Assembly (NCBI GenBank): GCA_951406725.2
Contig: OX597824.1
Location: forward strand, 74,338,001 to 74,402,000
DNA: 64,000 bases
Direction: 5' to 3'
From: Octopus vulgaris
Lineage: Eukaryota
In this document: one piece after another, positions 61,514 to 64,000 of the stretch
Layout of the letters: each line of letters opens with the position of its first letter
How positions within the stretch are numbered: the stretch's first letter is position 1
The notes under the pieces: generated by a model
Told to the model about the DNA's origin: nothing
The model's input: only the letters and a program-made list of their open reading frames with translations
Database searches by the model: none
Program-made: the position numbers and the translations under genes

Positions 61514-61735
61514 TCGTGGCTTAGTGGTTAGGGTGTCAGCACCACGATAGTAAGATTGTGGTTTCGATTCCTGGACCGGGCAAAGCGTTGTGTTCTTGAG
61601 CAAAACACTTCATTTCACGTTGCTCCAGTCCACTCAGCAGGCAAAAATGAGTAACGCGGCAATGGACTGGCGTCCTGTCCAGCTGGGGAACACATATGCC
61701 CATGAACCTGGCTAGGCTTTAAAAGGGCACATTTA
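61514..61735 (+). mobile_element. SINE family D variant ending in (ATT)n
   Basis: GTGGCTTAGTGGTTAGG...GGTTTCGATTCC head, ATGGACTGGCGTCCTGTCCAGCTGGGG, and a tail shared with 36391-36710. Confidence 0.8.
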
Positions 61736-62204
61736 TTATTATTATTATTATTATTATTTATTATTATTATTATTATTATTATGTGCATCTGTAGACTACA
61801 GTATATATTGACAAGGTCAGTGTATATGGGAGTGTATAAACATTTATACATTCACAGTTGTGTGAACAATACCGTGAAACTTAAGATGAAACAAACAAAC
61901 AGACAACACCATAAAAAAAAGGGTAGTATCAACAGAATATTATATAACCAATATATCACTAAGGCCAAAACCTAATCCAAATAATTATCTGAGGGGATGA
62001 TGGAGAGTGGGGTACTGTATGTGTATAATCAGTAGAATTCACTTGAACATCAGTAGTCTAAACCAATAAAGAGTTAATTCATTAATGATAAGTGTTTGCG
62101 TGCATGCTTTGGCTGTTTTCTACAGCCAAATGTGCTACCAGATGCCAAGCTTTATCTGTATCCAAGCAGGATGACAATCACACAGTTTATCGAGCAGTTT
62201 ATAA

Positions 62205-62375
62205 GTGTAGGAGTGGCTGTGTGGTAAGTAGCTTGCTTACCAACTACATAGTTCCGGGTTCAGTCCCACAGCGTGGCACCTTGGGCATGTGTCTTCTACT
62301 ATAGCCTCGGGTCGACCAAAGCCTTGTGAGTGGATTTGGTAGATGGAAACCGAAAAGAAGCCTGTCGTATATATG

Positions 62376-62424
<49 letters not shown>

Positions 62425-62652
62425 GTGTGTGTGTGTATATGTTTGTGTGTCAGTGTTTGTACCCCAACATCGCTTGACAACCGATGCTGGTGTTTACGTC
62501 CCCGTAACTTAACGGTTTGACAAAAGAGACCGATAGAATAAGTACTAGGCTTCCAAAGAATAAGTTCTGGGGTCGATTTGCTTGACTAAAGGTGGTGCTC
62601 CAGCATGGCCACAGTCAATTGACTGAAACAAGTAAAAGAGAGAGTAAAGAGT
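62205..62652 (+). mobile_element. SINE family B
   Basis: Full layout. Confidence 0.87.
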
Positions 62653-63084
62653 AATGAAGAGTTCAGACATGGTTATGTGCAGAACTGGAATCAACATCAC
62701 TGCATGAACAAGCATTTTGCATAAAAAGATTGCACAACATGTCAATACATGCCAGGAAATTCTGGGCTGCTTTTGTTCTTGACTGTAAACAGCAATCAAT
62801 AGAGCTATTATTTACCACTAGCAACTAGTGGTAAACTCACTCACACAATCACACACATATTTATATACACACACACGCGCGCACACACAGACACACACAC
62901 ACAAACACATACATACATAAACACACACACACACATGCTCACATATAAATATAAAAACAAGAGAAGTATGAACTCACTCACACAATCACACACATATTTA
63001 TATACACACACACAAACACACACACGCACACACAGACACACACACACACAGACACACACACACAAACACATACATACATACATA

Positions 63085-63136
<52 letters not shown>

Positions 63137-63229
63137 CTCAGAGAGCTGAGCATCCAGTGAAACAGGGAGAAAGAGATAAAAGCAGCAGGCATCATGAAAT
63201 TGATGCTCAGAGAGCTGAACGTCTTTGCC

Positions 63230-64000
63230 AACAGATGAATAAGATCTGTGTCTGTTGTCACGCAATGCTTTTCCATGGTGAAACTGCTAACTTTTGCTGT
63301 ATGAATAGGGAAGTCAGGCTGGGGAATCTGCACCCTTTACCCCAGGAACTTCACAATTTATTTAGTGCTGATCAACCTAGAGCAAACGAGTTTAGGGAAA
63401 CCCTCAGACAATACAACTTTTTGTTTGTTCCTTCTCGAACCATCCCTGGCTCATTAGGGCCGGTTTCCCAGTTTCCTTGGCGCATAGGTTCCCCACCTGG
63501 ACAGGACGCCGGTCCATCGCAGGTGAGCTGCAAGATGCAGGAGGAAAGAGTGAGAGAAAGTTGTGGTGAAAGAGTCAGCAGAAGTTCGCCATTACCTTCG
63601 GCCGGAACCATGTGGAACTTAAGTGTTTCGCTCATAAACACGCACATTGCCCAGTCTGAGATTCGAACCCGTGATCCCTCGACCATGAGTCCACTGCTCT
63701 AACCACTAGGCCATGTACCTCCATGGACAATACAACTGCCTGTTTATGATTAACAACAAGAAGTTGATGCCAGTGAGCTACATCGCCTATCGAATAATAA
63801 ACCATGAAAATGAATTCAACCAACTTCTCAGAGGCGGTAATTTATTTCGGCAATATTTGATTGACATGGCTGCAAAGATTAAAGGAGATAGGCTGCAATA
63901 CATTTGAATGAATCAAACATCATTGTGATCTACAACATACAAAGGCCTTACTAACGTATTGAATGATGGTGATGATTTTCACAATACTGGCAGGCGAATC
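63230..64000 (+). pseudogene. Helitron RepHel N-terminal region, decayed, runs off the window end
   Basis: MNKICVCCHAMLFHGETANFCCMNREVRL...FRETLRQYN, then YRIINHENEFNQLLRGGNLFRQYLIDMAAKIKGDRLQYI*MNQTSL*STTYKGL...GRRI (Helitron_like_N-type motifs). Confidence 0.85.
63419..63725 (-). mobile_element. SINE family D relative inserted in the Helitron ORF
   Basis: 12-bp TSD GACAATACAACT at 63407-63418 and 63726-63737; tRNA-like head TGGCCTAGTGGTTAGAGC...GGGTTCGAATC. Confidence 0.9.

Noticed and set aside
61514-61585. tRNA genes at SINE heads
   Set aside because: A and B boxes are present but there is no full cloverleaf, and each continues into a repeated SINE body.
62935-63702. Longest ORF (255 aa) as a host gene
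   Set aside because: Chimera of (CA)n, Helitron fragment and antisense SINE.
1-64000. Most ORFs in the supplied track, such as the YIYI, CVCV and HTHT-rich ones
   Set aside because: They are translations of microsatellites and SINE bodies; the same peptides recur wherever the repeat recurs.

Overview
This is AT-rich, microsatellite-dense animal DNA with no intact protein-coding gene. The SINE, LINE and microsatellite content looks like an octopod cephalopod (inference from repeat appearance, no search run). Most predicted ORFs are microsatellite or SINE read-through. The window contains many copies of three tRNA-headed SINE families (called A, B and D here) and of an RTE-LINE 3' tail (C). 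It also holds decayed RTE, CR1, R4/Dong, Penelope, mariner, maT (DD37D), hAT and Helitron coding fragments, several MITEs, and a U6 snRNA copy. The most interesting signal is about a dozen sequence-unrelated type I hammerhead ribozyme motifs (CUGANGA...GAAAC-palindrome-GUH). Some are intact and some decayed, and they lie mostly in inserts beside (TA)n tracts or inside long inverted repeats, as expected for Penelope-like pseudo-LTRs. Repeat boundaries were read by eye and are approximate unless a TSD or TIR is quoted.
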